From positions 207,266,001-207,330,000 of the forward strand of contig OX597815.1 in NCBI GenBank assembly GCA_951406725.2: a DNA stretch of 64,000 nt, written 5' to 3'. Made by a program: the position numbers and the translations under genes. The notes beneath the pieces are model-generated. The model did no database searches and was not told where the DNA came from. It worked only from the letters and a program-made list of their open reading frames with translations. This DNA comes from Octopus vulgaris. Its lineage: Eukaryota. Positions 12,456 through 24,142 of this stretch are shown piece after piece (position 1 is the first letter of the stretch; the number at the start of each line of letters is the position of its first letter).

Positions 12456-13114
12456 GTACACACAAATGCATATTATTAGAGCCATATTGGAATTTTTTTC
12501 AGTCTAATGTTCACACCACATCTACAAGGACACAACATTATCGTTTATATTTATATTTATACATAGATATAAATAATGGATTCTTTTATTTTTTCTTTTA
12601 CTTCTTTCAGTCAGTGGATTACGGCCATGCTGGGGCACCTTCTTGGTTACTCATAATAAATATTTGTTTCTGCTATACGTACAAAGTTATTATTTTTCGC
12701 ATAAAATTCCACAATCTTACAAACACACAAACACACGCACTCGCATAAAAATCCATACACAGACCCACAGACGAACAAACAATTACAAAAACGAGGGAAA
12801 ATGCATGAAATAAAAATAGTGGAGTTTGTTTAAACGAAACTGAATCTTCTCACTCTGAGTTTCTGATTTAAGTTCATCTCGATCAATTTAAGAGAAAAAC
12901 AGAAACTAAATATTACTTAGAAAGAAATCCTAATTTTTGCGTAAATAACTGTGTGCGTATAAGTGTGTGTGTGTGTGTGTGTGTGTGTGTTAGATTGTAG
13001 GACCTTACGCGAAAAGTAACAGAGAAGTCGATATATATATAGCAGAACTAAATATATATCGTAAAGTAATAACTATACCGTTTGTATTTCATGCCAAAAA
13101 TGAGCTTCCTGTAA

Positions 13115-13389
13115 AATGGAAAAAAAATTATGGTACAATTTTTTTAATCGTTGACTCATCGTAGACATTTTTAGAGAGTTACTTCCCTTATATAATAGCG
13201 AAAAAATGCATTAAAATGGAAGAAAAATTTTTTTTAAATCGTAGACTCATCGTAGACGCGCGCTAATACCCAGAAGGTCTCGATATGAATCACGACTATA
13301 AGATACCCGGTTTTGGTTAAATATGTGGGAGTAGTTAGGAATCTAAATCGTAGGAGACAGACACAGAACTTGACTTTTATATATAAAGA
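13115..13389 (-). mobile_element. 3'-truncated non-autonomous Helitron flanked by a ~62-66 bp duplication
   Basis: The 5' TC end is present at 13389; the hairpin and CTAG are absent. Flanks 13049-13114 and 13391-13451 are near-identical. Confidence 0.8.
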
Positions 13390-13779
13390 TTAAATATATA
13401 TCGTAAAGTAATCCCTTACCGTTTGTATTTCCTGCCTTGAGCTTCCTGTAACAGAATATTTTTCGAACAATTCTCAATTAGCAAAAAATTTATTTATAAT
13501 AGCGATGAAAGTTCCAGTCAGAGTTTCTAGGTTAAATTTAAAGTAAAATTAAAATCTCATTTCTCTTTAATTATAAATAGTTTAGGGTGAGTTATTTTCA
13601 TATGGTCTGATTAAGAACAGAAACAGATTATATGTAAGTGAAAATTTTAGATTTAAAATAGCAAATAACTCATTTAAAATATAATAAATAAAAAACTGAA
13701 ATTATATCTGGTATGAGTTGCAAAGTTTTGTTCTTCTTTGCAACTGGTTTGTGGCGAAATTTTGTTGCAGTTAATTCAG

Positions 13780-14570
13780 CAAGGAAAACTTATTCAGAAT
13801 ACACAAATTCAATTTTTCTTAAATTGTCATTCAACGCTACAACTACTGATGAGGCACAGATCCCTATCAGACCAAACATTGTGCATAAACATGTTGGTAT
13901 GGTGAAAGGTAAATTATTTTTGTTTGCCTTTAGGAATATGGAAAAGAGTTGTATTTACTTAGTAAACCTTGTAAATATGTCTGGACCCCGAAAAGTATGG
14001 TATTACATTCGATATAAATTTATGAATAATCAGATATGGAGCAAATTTCTGCGAATTACGCACAACTGAATAGAAACACATTTTCAGAAATCTCATCCAG
14101 TCTACTGTTTATGAATCAGATCAGAGATTTTCAGTAAATACTGGAACTTTGAAAAATATCTGCTAAAAGAACTGTAAATTTATACTAGTAACATATTTAA
14201 GAGATTAGCACACCATGAACACGCACAAACATTTCTTTGCTTCTTCAGCACCCACTTTATAAATTCATTTTCAAACCTTTATATCTCCGAAGTGAGATCC
14301 TTCTAGGTTAATTAGCATCCGTAAATCTTTGTTTCGAACATAAACGTATTATAAGATGAATCCTTATGATCATGGTAGGCTGTTAGAAGATGATGTTTTG
14401 GCTTGAAAATTACGAGCTAACAGTGGTTGAATTAGATACACAAGTCATTCTTTACTACACTTTCAGTACATGCGTATGCTACAGCCATTATAAACGCAAC
14501 TTCAGTCTGTTCATATCAGTTTGACTAAACATTAATGCTCACAAGATTTTCAGCAACTTATACGGAAATC
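13780..14570 (+). pseudogene. Possible heavily decayed hAT (Buster/Charlie-type) transposase
   Basis: Ordered motif remnants: TTDEAQI (cf. DESTD..AQL), VKGKLFLF (cf. IKEEFLF), IWSKFLRIT (cf. W.K...ITTDG), LYISEVR (cf. HTEVRWLSRG). Many stops. Confidence 0.35.
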
Positions 14571-15632
14571 GGAAATGTTTTTGATCATTTCTCAGGCTAA
14601 GCAGATGCGAGGTACGTAAATATTATAGACAAAAATCGGAGGTGATCGAGTACCTATTTCTGAGAATTATGTGAACTGAGTCGCCTTAATTTATGCAGCT
14701 TGTTGAAATATATCAAACGTTTGTTGTTGATTTGAACCCAATAATTAAAATAAAGATGTTCAAATCTTTAGACTCCTTCATAGCGGTACGATTTTCTATA
14801 TTTATTTATCGTTCATCACTTTATTAGGATTTGAACCTACAGTAAGGAATCACAAAACCAGACAACAAAGGGAAGCAAAATGTTTGATCAAATACCTTTT
14901 GTATTTGAAGTTACATTAGTAAAGGAATTATCTAATTCAAACAAATTTTTCATTTTATTCTGAATACTGATAAAATTTACCGAAGGTAACATTTTATTGT
15001 ATAGAAGACCTACTTAGCAACTTTTCTCTTTAAAATATAATGGGTCATAATATTAGAAATTAGATTGTAGTTTAGTTTTATAGTTCTTACGAATGTTATA
15101 CCCACCGCATAGTTCAAGTTCTAATTAAAGGACATTTAGTCTGCGTCTAATGTTAGAGGTTTATTTCAATCCAGACGTGAATTGAAGCATGTACAACTTA
15201 ATAGATACCGCGTAACTTTTATAGAAATAGATGAATATATATTCACGCTAAATACACTCATAGAAACGAATGTAATATCCACATATGTATACAACTTCAC
15301 TGGGTGACTGATTTTAAACACTTCTTCTATACAACCTAAGTTGCAAGAGGACATGGAGAATCTCAGCCGCAAGTCCCTTATTCTCTCTGAACTTCCAGAC
15401 ACTCTGACACCAATGTTAGTGGTACAGTTGGAGTGTAGACACTCCTGCAGATATACATGGACCCTGTATATTTATCATAACTTTGATAAAATGCAATTAT
15501 AGCTTACTCTAAGTTAAAACTGACGACCCAAGTCAGCTTTCGAAAACACACTTGCTGTGGTCTCCCTGGGCTTCTGTATCACAGAACTCATTAATGTCAA
15601 CTAATATTTAGTGTCTTGGTAGTGGTTTAACG

Positions 15633-16020
15633 TGGAGGCGCAATGGCCCAGTGGTTAGGGCAGCGGACTCGCGGTCGTAGGATCGCGGTTTCGATTCCCA
15701 GACCGGGCGTTGTGAGTGTTTATTGAACGAAAACACCTAAAAAAGCTCCACGAGGCTCCGGCAGGGGATGGTGGTGATCCCTGCTGTACTCTTTCACCAC
15801 AACTTTCTCTCACTCTTACTTCCTGTTTCTGTTGTACCTGTATTTCAAGGGGCCGGCCTTGTCACTTTCTGTGTCACGCTGAATATCCCCGAGAACTACG
15901 TTAAGGGTACACGTGTCTGTGGAGTGCTCAGCCACTTACACGTTAATTTCACGAGCAGGCTGTTCCGTTGATTCGGATCAACCGGAACCCTCATCGTCGT
16001 AACCGACGGAGTGCTTCCCA
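15633..16020 (+). mobile_element. SINE family C with tail 1, full length
   Basis: tRNA-like head GGAGGCGCAATGGCCCAGTGGTTAGGGCAGCGG...GGTTTCGATTCCC; ends CCGACGGAGTGCTTCC. Confidence 0.9.
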
Positions 16021-16496
16021 TTTATAGGATGCAATTAGAGAGAGATTTAACAAGTTATTGTAACAGGTTGAATGACCATGTAGTGGTTAACTTGTTATCT
16101 TGACAGAGCCAGTATGTCTGTTTAAAACAGCATACATTCACACACACACAACTACATACGCACATATCTCAAACACACAACCACACACTGGTAAATGTGT
16201 GTGTATGTATGTATGTGTGTGTTAAGCCAACCTTAATATATTTTCTGTTAGAGAATGAGACTTTCACAAAAGTAAACATGGAGGTTGCTATCACTTCCTC
16301 GAGCAGAATAATATAATGTTTACCTTAATGCGCATTTATAATTAAACAGACTCATTGTTTAATGCACTAATAATTAATTAATTGACTTAGTGTCCAGTAA
16401 AGCATTAAGTTATGCAAATCAAATCTACTGAATCACCGAAGTCGCATTCAATAGTTATAAATAACAACAAGCTATATACCTCTCTTTCTCACCCGC

Positions 16497-16528
<32 letters not shown>

Positions 16529-17018
16529 TTCTCTCTTCCAATCTTTTTATCTATATCTATATATAGCTGTGCGTGTGTGTGTGTGAGAGATTATGTGTGT
16601 ATGCGTGTGTATGCGCGCATGCGTGTAAAGGAAATTTGCTTTTAGTTACATTTTGACGTATTCCTTATCAAGAACTCGATACGAACTCCTATCTACCCGT
16701 TAAGACTTATGCTTAATGTGATTCCATAATATATTACCAATAGTTAAAGAAAATGTAGTTAAATATCACTGATAGAATATGCGGGTATGTACTTTTTCAG
16801 GGTAAAATAGAATATATTTAGGGTAATTGAGTTTGAGAAGATCTGAAGATGGCATTCCACATTATTGCAACCATGCATACTTATACAAGTCTTGTGCAGT
16901 TTATCATACAAAATTATTTCTGTGCAGTGTGGTTTGAAACGGGAAGCTACCGAAACAGTTGTAACTGGTATTAAACTGTTTTATATATCTATATCTATAT
17001 ATATAAGGGTTGGTTAGG

Positions 17019-17063
<45 letters not shown>

Positions 17064-17066
17064 TAT

Positions 17067-17348
17067 ATCACGTGACTGACCAGACCATCAGATGTTGTTA
17101 CACATCGCTGGTCACAATGCGATCGCATTGTTTTAGCCTTTGAATGACGCCACCCCGCTGGCTAAGCGAGCAGGCCAGCAGAAGAAAGAGTGAGAGAAAG
17201 AGTGGTGAAAGAGTACAGCAGGGTTCACCACCTCCTGCCGGAGCGTCGTAGAGATTTTAGGTGTTTTCGCTCAATAAACACTCACAACGCCCGGTCTGGG
17301 AATCGAAACCGCGATCCTATGACCGCGAGTCCGCTGCCCTAACCACTA
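17067..17348 (-). mobile_element. SINE family C with tail 2
   Basis: Reverse match to 26776-27058; both ends sit in (TA)n. Confidence 0.85.
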
Positions 17349-17359
17349 ACATATATATA

Positions 17360-18065
17360 TCCCTTCTCTAACCAACCCTTTCCCTCCTTCGAACGAGCCC
17401 ATAACCTGCGTGACCTCCTGGTCCACAATTTCTTCTCTAACCCCACCTCCCAGCCTGTCTCATTCTCCTGCCCCTGCCCACGCTGCCGTACTACTTCTCC
17501 AACTCTACCATCCTCACAGACACCCACCATCGTCCCTATCACATCACCGACTCCTTTACCCGCAATTCTAGTAACCTCATTTACTACATTTCCCCCTCGT
17601 TCTGCCTTTCCCTGTACATCGGTCAAACGAAACGGCACTTGGTTCGCAGAGCACCTCCGATACATCAGACTCGTCCCAGTCTCGCGCGATTTCCGCTCTA
17701 CCGGTCATTCACTACATCTGTCTGTGTTCAGACTGTCTTTGCACAGGAGCCATCCGGACTCCAGCCTTCGTCGTGAACAAGTATTTATCTTCTCTCTTCG
17801 CTCCTTTGCGTCACATGCGCTCAACTCCCCTCTTCTCTTTATCTGACTCCCTCCTCTCTTTATTTGAATCCCCCTCCTCTCTTCATCTGACACCTACTTC
17901 CTCTCTTCAATCCTACCTACCTCCTCTCTTCAGTGATACCACCCCCACTCTACCCGCACAAGCCTACTCCACACCGATTATCATCTACGTTGTGTTATCT
18001 ACACGAGCCTCGTCTTGAGACTAACCAACTGTTTGTACCACGTTGTTATTGGATCTCACTATTTT
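17360..18065 (+). pseudogene. Penelope-like element 3' part (linker, GIY-YIG endonuclease, 3' region), frameshifted
   Basis: Reads SFERAHNLRDLLVH...CPCPRC...HITDSFTRNSSNLIYYI...LYIGQTKR..FAEHLR...REQVFIFSL...HALNSP, with a stop near 17846. Confidence 0.85.
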
Positions 18066-18165
18066 ATTACACACACACATGCACACACACTCACATGTAT
18101 GTACGCCTGCATACACACATACACACACATACACGCATACTCACACACACACACACACTCTCCCC

Positions 18166-18207
<42 letters not shown>

Positions 18208-18247
18208 TACATACAAGCACATATTAGTGGTGAGAAAGGCGGCTACG

Positions 18248-18294
18248 TGATTTCTGAAGATGAATGCAACTAGATTCGAAACTAGGTCAAGTCA
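18248..18294 (+). ncRNA. Minimal type I hammerhead ribozyme motif with intact core and GUC site
   Basis: Stem I TGATTT/AAGTCA (one G-U pair), core CTGAAGA, stem II GAAT/ATTC, GAAA, short stem III with palindromic CTAG, cleavage triplet GTC at 18286-18288. Confidence 0.75.
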
Positions 18295-18421
18295 GTTTCC
18301 CTTTTATAAACTTTACAATAAACGGTAAAATGATTGTTTACATCTGGCAAAGTTTCACGGGCATCGACCAAGAAGTATTCAGTTCATTTTAAAATTCATA
18401 ATTATCTTTGCACTTAGTTTA

Positions 18422-18871
18422 ATGCGATTACAGTTAGTATCTCTGTGTGCTTCTGCATGTTTGTATGTATGTAAGGGCATAGCTATTGATCGTAGCGGGT
18501 TACACTTCCAGATCGCTGTTACACTTCCAGATGGCAAAGGTCTTCCTTTGATGCTGACATGCAGTGTCTGTGCAAGACTCTGCCTCAGTAAAGCTGGACT
18601 CAAGAGTCATCTTCGTAGTCATAAAACGAGACAGATGAGTGACAACCTGGCCACTGGTAGTGGTGTAACACACCATACTAATCATATCTGCCAGGCATGT
18701 GGAAGAGAGTGTAATTCGGCAGGAGGACTTAAACGACATGCAAAGGTACATGAAACCCAGTTACAACTACAGCCGGCTATTGAGAGTAAAGGTTTTAGCT
18801 GCCAATTCTGTAGAAGACATTGTAGATCTTTAGCTGGGCTAAAAAGTCACATTCTATCACAGCACCGATAA
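18422..18871 (+). CDS. 149-aa ORF with three C2H2 zinc fingers (RTE ORF C-terminus; expression unknown)
   Basis: C47-C50-H63-H67, C90-C93-H106-H110, C127-C130-H143-H148. No TGEKP linkers. The ATG lies in flanking DNA outside the TSD. Confidence 0.45.
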   Translation: MRLQLVSLCASACLYVCKGIAIDRSGLHFQIAVTLPDGKGLPLMLTCSVCARLCLSKAGLKSHLRSHKTRQMSDNLATGSGVTHHTNHICQACGRECNSAGGLKRHAKVHETQLQLQPAIESKGFSCQFCRRHCRSLAGLKSHILSQHR

Positions 18872-18922
18872 CAGTTAGGCTTCGTGCAATGGCCATACTC
18901 GATAACGAAGGGGCAGCCATCA
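18475..18922 (+). mobile_element. 5'-truncated RTE-clade LINE 3' end with an 11-bp TSD
   Basis: TSD TATGTATGTAA at 18464-18474 and 18923-18933. RTE-style terminal zinc fingers (C..C.R.C.S.AGLKSH) and a short 3' end GGCCATACTCGATAACGAAGGGGCAGCCATCAT. Confidence 0.8.
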
Positions 18923-19649
18923 TATGTATGTAAAACGACAATAAAGTTAAATTAAAGTACGACCAACAACGAGTAAAATGACATCATTATTGAGCGAAGA
19001 GTAATGTAGATATTTACTGAAGCTGAAAAAACATTGGCATAATGATCTAGTATCTAATGTTCTGTCAGATATCCATAATTATGCTGAGGAAGTATTAAAA
19101 ATATTTTATATTTAATGAAAGAAGTTGAATAACAATGTTAGAAAGGACAATGCGAGAGGAACAGTGGTTGCTAGTTGTATTGTAAGATCCATCCTAACAA
19201 GCAGATTTGAAATATTAGAAATATTACAAGATTTGTTTAGTTGCTTTGATAAACATTTGTTGGTTAAAGTGATTACTTTACTAAAATGAGGGAGGTTATG
19301 AAAATGCGAAGTTCTACTGATGTGGTTATAGACGTGAGTAAAGCTTTGTAATTTTCATTTAGTGTTAGATTATGAATTGTAATAACTATCCCAGCTGGCC
19401 TTAGTATTTCTGAGTAATGTGAAATACTTCTTCATCGCTTTAACTGTCATCTGGAAATTGTATCTTCGTATGTGCACAAACAATTTAGAACGCTTAAATG
19501 TTTCAAACCCTTTGTTAGCGGAACAAACTGAAAATAGTCAATGAGAGTGACCTCTCTGTAGAATTAACGATTTCTCGAACCACAATATATTTCTGTGACT
19601 GTTATGATATCCGAAGCCCACATACTACGCAACTGGTTTCTTTCAACCT

Positions 19650-20240
19650 AAACGCCGGACAAAATGCTTAGCGGCGTTTCTTCCGACTTCACGTTAAAAT
19701 GCCACCAGGGTCGACTTTGCCTCTTATCCTTTCGGGTCGATAAAAATAAGAACCAGTTGAGTACTGGGGTCTATGTAATCGATTTATACCCTCCCCCAAA
19801 ATTGCTGGCTGTGTGTGTGTGTGTGCTAAGGCGGTGAACTGGAAGAATCGTTAGCACGCTGAGCTAAATGCTTAGCGTTATTTTGTTCGTTTTTACACTC
19901 TGAGTTCAAATTCCGCCGGGGTCGAATATGCCTTTCATCCTTTCGGAGTCGATAAACTAAAGTACCAGTCAACCCTTCCCTCGAAATTACTACACTTGTG
20001 CCAAAATATAAAACTAACATTTCTTAATATTGTATGGTTTCAAACTGGTAGAATCGTTAACACCCTTGGAAAAAGTGACTACGGCGTTTCGTCCGTCTTT
20101 ACGTTCTGATTTCAAATTCTGCCAAGGTTGACTTTGTCTTTCATCCTTTCGTAGTCGATTAAATTAGTACCAGCTGAGCACTAAGGTCGATGTAATCGAC
20201 TTAAGACCTTTCTTGAAATTGAAAGATTTGAAACCGAGAT
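19650..20240 (+). mobile_element. Three adjacent degenerate SINE family B (B2 tail) copies
   Basis: Repeated GTCGACTTTGCC..TCATCCTTTCG..GTCGAT core with the B2 tail. Confidence 0.75.
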
Positions 20241-20263
20241 TTCTTAATATTGTAATATTTTAG

Positions 20264-20469
20264 ATAGGAGTCGTTGTGTGGTAAGTAGCTTGCTTACCAG
20301 CCACATGGCTCCGGGTTCAGTCCCACTGCGTGGCACATTGGGCAAGTGTCTTCTACTATAGCCTCGGGCCGCCCAAAGCCTTGTGAGTGGATTTGGTAGA
20401 CGGAAACTGAAAGCAGCCCGTTGTATGTATGTATGTATGTATGTATGTATGTATGTATGTATGTATGTA

Positions 20470-20513
<44 letters not shown>

Positions 20514-20706
20514 TGCGTTTGTCCCCCAACATCGCTTGACAACCGATGCTGGTGTGTTTATGTCTTCGTAACTTAGCGGTTCGGCAAAAGAGACCGATAG
20601 AATAAGTAGTAGGCTTACAAAGTATAAGTCCTGGGGTTGACATGCTCGATTAAAGGCGGTGCTCCAGCATGGCCACAGTCAGATGACAAACAAGTAGAAG
20701 AGTACA
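20264..20706 (+). mobile_element. SINE family A with expanded internal (TATG)n(TG)n
   Basis: Full family A layout. Confidence 0.9.
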
Positions 20707-20808
20707 AGTTTGGACCATTCTACGACACGGTTCTGCTTCATCCTTCATCCTAACAGCATATTTCTCTTCTCTTATCCTATTTCGTTTAGCTTTACTCTCC
20801 CTTCTAGT

Positions 20809-21135
20809 AAAGGCGCGTGGCTTAGTGGTTAGGGCATTCGGCTCACGATTGTAAGGTCGTAAGTTCAATTCCCAGCGACGCGTTGTGTCCTTGAGCAAGA
20901 CACTTTATTTCACGTTGCTCCAGTCCACTCAGCTGACAAAAATGAGTAGTACCTGTATTTCAAAGGGCCAGCCTTGTCACACTCTGTGGCACGCTGAATT
21001 TCCCTGAGAACTACATTAAGGGTACACGTGTCTGTGAAGTGCTCAGCCACTTGCACGTTAATTTCACGAGCAAACTGTTCCGTTCATCGTTTCAGCTGGG
21101 ACCCTCGTCGTCGCAACCGACGGAGTGCTCACTCA
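20809..21135 (+). mobile_element. SINE family D with tail 1
   Basis: Head GGCGCGTGGCTTAGTGGTTAGGGC and CORE-like GTGTCCTTGAGCAAGACAC, then the same tail as about 15830-16020. Confidence 0.85.
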
Positions 21136-21662
21136 CTCTCCCTTCTACTCATCCTCAATTGGTAAACAATCATTATATGACTTTTTATTAGTATTTTGTC
21201 ATTAGAGACCTAAGATTCAATACATGAAACTACAGTAAACGGAAACCATGAATTTTTCAAATTCTGTGCGTGTATGTGTGTATGTGTGTGTGTATGTGTG
21301 TATGTATGTATGTATGTATGTATGTATGTATTTATGTATGTGCATGTGCGCGCGTGTATGAATATGTGTGCACGTGAGTGAGTGTGTATGTATATACAGA
21401 TCTTTATATGTATATATATACGTTTATGTATGTGTGCACGAATGTATAACAGTCCTGCAATGTAAAGACTCGTAGTACACTTGGTAATTTTATATATTTA
21501 CTTTTTCGTTTTATTCGTTTGTTGTTTATTTATTTATCTATCTATCTATCTACCTGTCAGAGAGTATGTCTCTCTCTCTGTCTCTCTCTTTCTTTCTGCA
21601 GAGAGAGAGAGAGATTTAAACATACACACACACACACACAATAATGTGTGTGTATATATTAT

Positions 21663-21922
21663 CCGGCAGGGGATGGTGGTGATCCCTGCTGTACTCTTTC
21701 ACCACAACTTTCTCTCACTCTTTCTTCCTGTTTCTGTTGTACCTGTATTTCAAAGGGCCGGCCTTGTCACTCTCTGTGTCACGCTGAATATCCCCGAGAA
21801 CTACGTTAAGGGTGCACGTGTCTGTGGAGTGCTCAGCCACTTACACGTTAATTTCACGAGCAGGCTGTTCCGTTGATCGGATCAACCAGAACCCTCGTCG
21901 TCGTAACCGACGGAGGGTTCCA
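21663..21922 (+). mobile_element. 5'-truncated SINE family C with tail 1
   Basis: Near-identical to 15758-16015. Confidence 0.9.
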
Positions 21923-22169
21923 TCATTATATGCAGTTTGGCAGATATACAAAATACCAGTAATATAAACGGCTGTATGTCATTCGTAATTTTATAATTAT
22001 GACACTTGATATGACTAGTTTTAGTTACGTCGAAATATTTAAATATTTTGTCTCTAAGCAGTTTGCTTTCGGGTTGGTTAATTAACGTCTATTATTTATA
22101 TATATGTTCAGCTGTACGTTCTATATATCAAACTACTGCTACTGCTGCCGCTGCTGCTACTACTAATAA

Positions 22170-22592
22170 TAATCCTTTCTACTATAGGCACAAGGCCTGA
22201 AATTTGTAGGTGGGGACTGGTCGATTGCATCGAGCCCTGTGTTTCACTGGTGCTTGAATTATCGACCCCGAAAGGATAAAAAGTAAAGTCGACTCCGGCG
22301 GAATTCGAACTCAGAACGTAGCGGCAGACGAAATGCCTATTTCTTTACTACCCACAAGGGATTAAACATAGAGGAGACAAATAGACATATTAAGTCGATT
22401 ATATCGACCCCAGTGCATAATTGGCACTTCATTTATCGACCCCGAAAGGATGAAAGGCAAAGTCGACCTCGGCGGAATTTGAACTCAGAACATAGCGGCA
22501 GATAAAATACCTATTTCTTTACTCCCCACAAGGGGCTAAACGCAGAGAGGACAAACAAGGACAGACAAACGGATTAAGTCCATTATATCGAT
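22170..22592 (-). mobile_element. SINE family B multimer with mixed tails
   Basis: Two B1-tailed units, then a B2-tailed last unit, joined at AAAGAAATAGG(T/C)ATTT. Confidence 0.8.
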
Positions 22593-22594
22593 TA

Positions 22595-22978
22595 CTAGCA
22601 GTATCGCCCGGCGTTGCTCAGGTTTGTAAGGGAAATAACTATAAAGCATTTTTAGAGAGTTATAGCCAAAAAATAGCAAAAAAATGGAAAAAAAATGATG
22701 GTAAATTTTTTTTGAGAGTTAAAACAGGTGGAGTTGCGTCCCCTAGACGGTCTGTGGTTTGGGTTTCTCATTCTCGACCCCATGTCGAATTTATCGATTT
22801 TTTCAGAACTGGGGGAACTTTTCAAAATTTTCGCTGCGTTAGTTTTGAATTATGACATTGGGCTATGTGTGTGTCAAGTTTCATCAGAATCGGTTGAAAG
22901 CCGTGGTCAGAGTGAGGGTACGAGAAAACAGACACACAGAAACACGCACAGACAAACTGCCGTTTATATAGAGAGAGA
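22595..22978 (-). mobile_element. Non-autonomous Helitron with a variant 5' half
   Basis: The 3' ~120 bp (hairpin plus CTAG) is shared with 8107-8501. The 5' part starts TCTCTCTCTATATAAACGGC and is different. Confidence 0.8.
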
Positions 22979-23449
22979 TATCTCTAGCGTTTATACTCAT
23001 TCCTGGACGAGATGCCCTCCCCCCGTCACAGGATTACTCATTTTTACCTGCTGATTGGACTACAACAACGTAAAATGAAGTGTTTCGCCCATGCCATGAA
23101 TCGAAACCACAATCTTACGGTCATGAGTCCAGCACCCTAACCACTAAGCCATATGCACGTCCACATTAATTGCTTTGTGCAATCAACTTACACTACTTAT
23201 AATTGTTGGGTTTTTTTTTATCCCAGATAGAGCCCCGATTGGGTAAACATTATTAAAGACATTCCAACCACGTTAATCCTGTCTTTTTTTAATATATACC
23301 TATCCATAACATTAACTTACATAAATATGTCACCTATATTTACGACAGTCAAGTCCATTTGAGGAAGATTTGGTTGCGACTTCTAGCATTTCTTGCTATA
23401 GAGCAGAGGGCGATTGAAACAAGTTTCTATCTTCCTCTGTCTGTCCAGT

Positions 23450-23540
23450 TCTTTCTTTCCTTCTACCCTTCTTTCTTTCTTTCTTTCTTTCTTTCTTTTT
23501 TCTTTCTTTTTCTTTCTTTCTTTCTTTCTTTCTTTCTTTT

Positions 23541-23618
<78 letters not shown>

Positions 23619-23626
23619 TTTCTTTC
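23450..23626. repeat. (TTTC)n microsatellite
   Basis: Directly visible. Confidence 0.95.
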
Positions 23627-24142
23627 GCTATCTGTCCACCGTATTTACTATATAAAATTACAAAACAGTTCAAGCGAGAAATATGTAATCATTCCTTTGG
23701 CTATTTCTAACCACAGGAGGGTGGCAGCTGGATGTTTCGTTTATCGTTAGCATAAAGGTGGCATGTCTTAAATACTTAGATATAGTGTGAAACCAAACGA
23801 TAACGCATCCATTTACCTCTTCCTTTCACTCACATCTCCCACACATTTTACATCTGTCATATATTTGTAATGTCGTTTTTATAGGCAACCTCGCAGTTAT
23901 GCCTCAGTGCTTAGTGATTGAACGTAATAGGCTGATTTGTAGCCTGACTCATAAAACATAACTTTGGTTGAATGAAATTTTTATCGAACATTTTCACTTG
24001 AGTGATTTTATAATCACAACCCCTCGTCCATCACGATTGTACCAAATAAAGTGCTTATTATTGTTATTATTGTCATAATAATAACAACAATAATAATAAT
24101 AATAATAATTATTATTATTATTAATGTTATTATTATTATTAT

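Noticed and set aside
15514-15575. Hammerhead-like CTGACGA...CGAAA...GTC
   Set aside because: Stem I and stem II cannot be formed.
15633-15710. tRNA genes at A-box/B-box-containing heads of families A-D
   Set aside because: No complete cloverleaf is evident, and each head continues directly into a SINE body.
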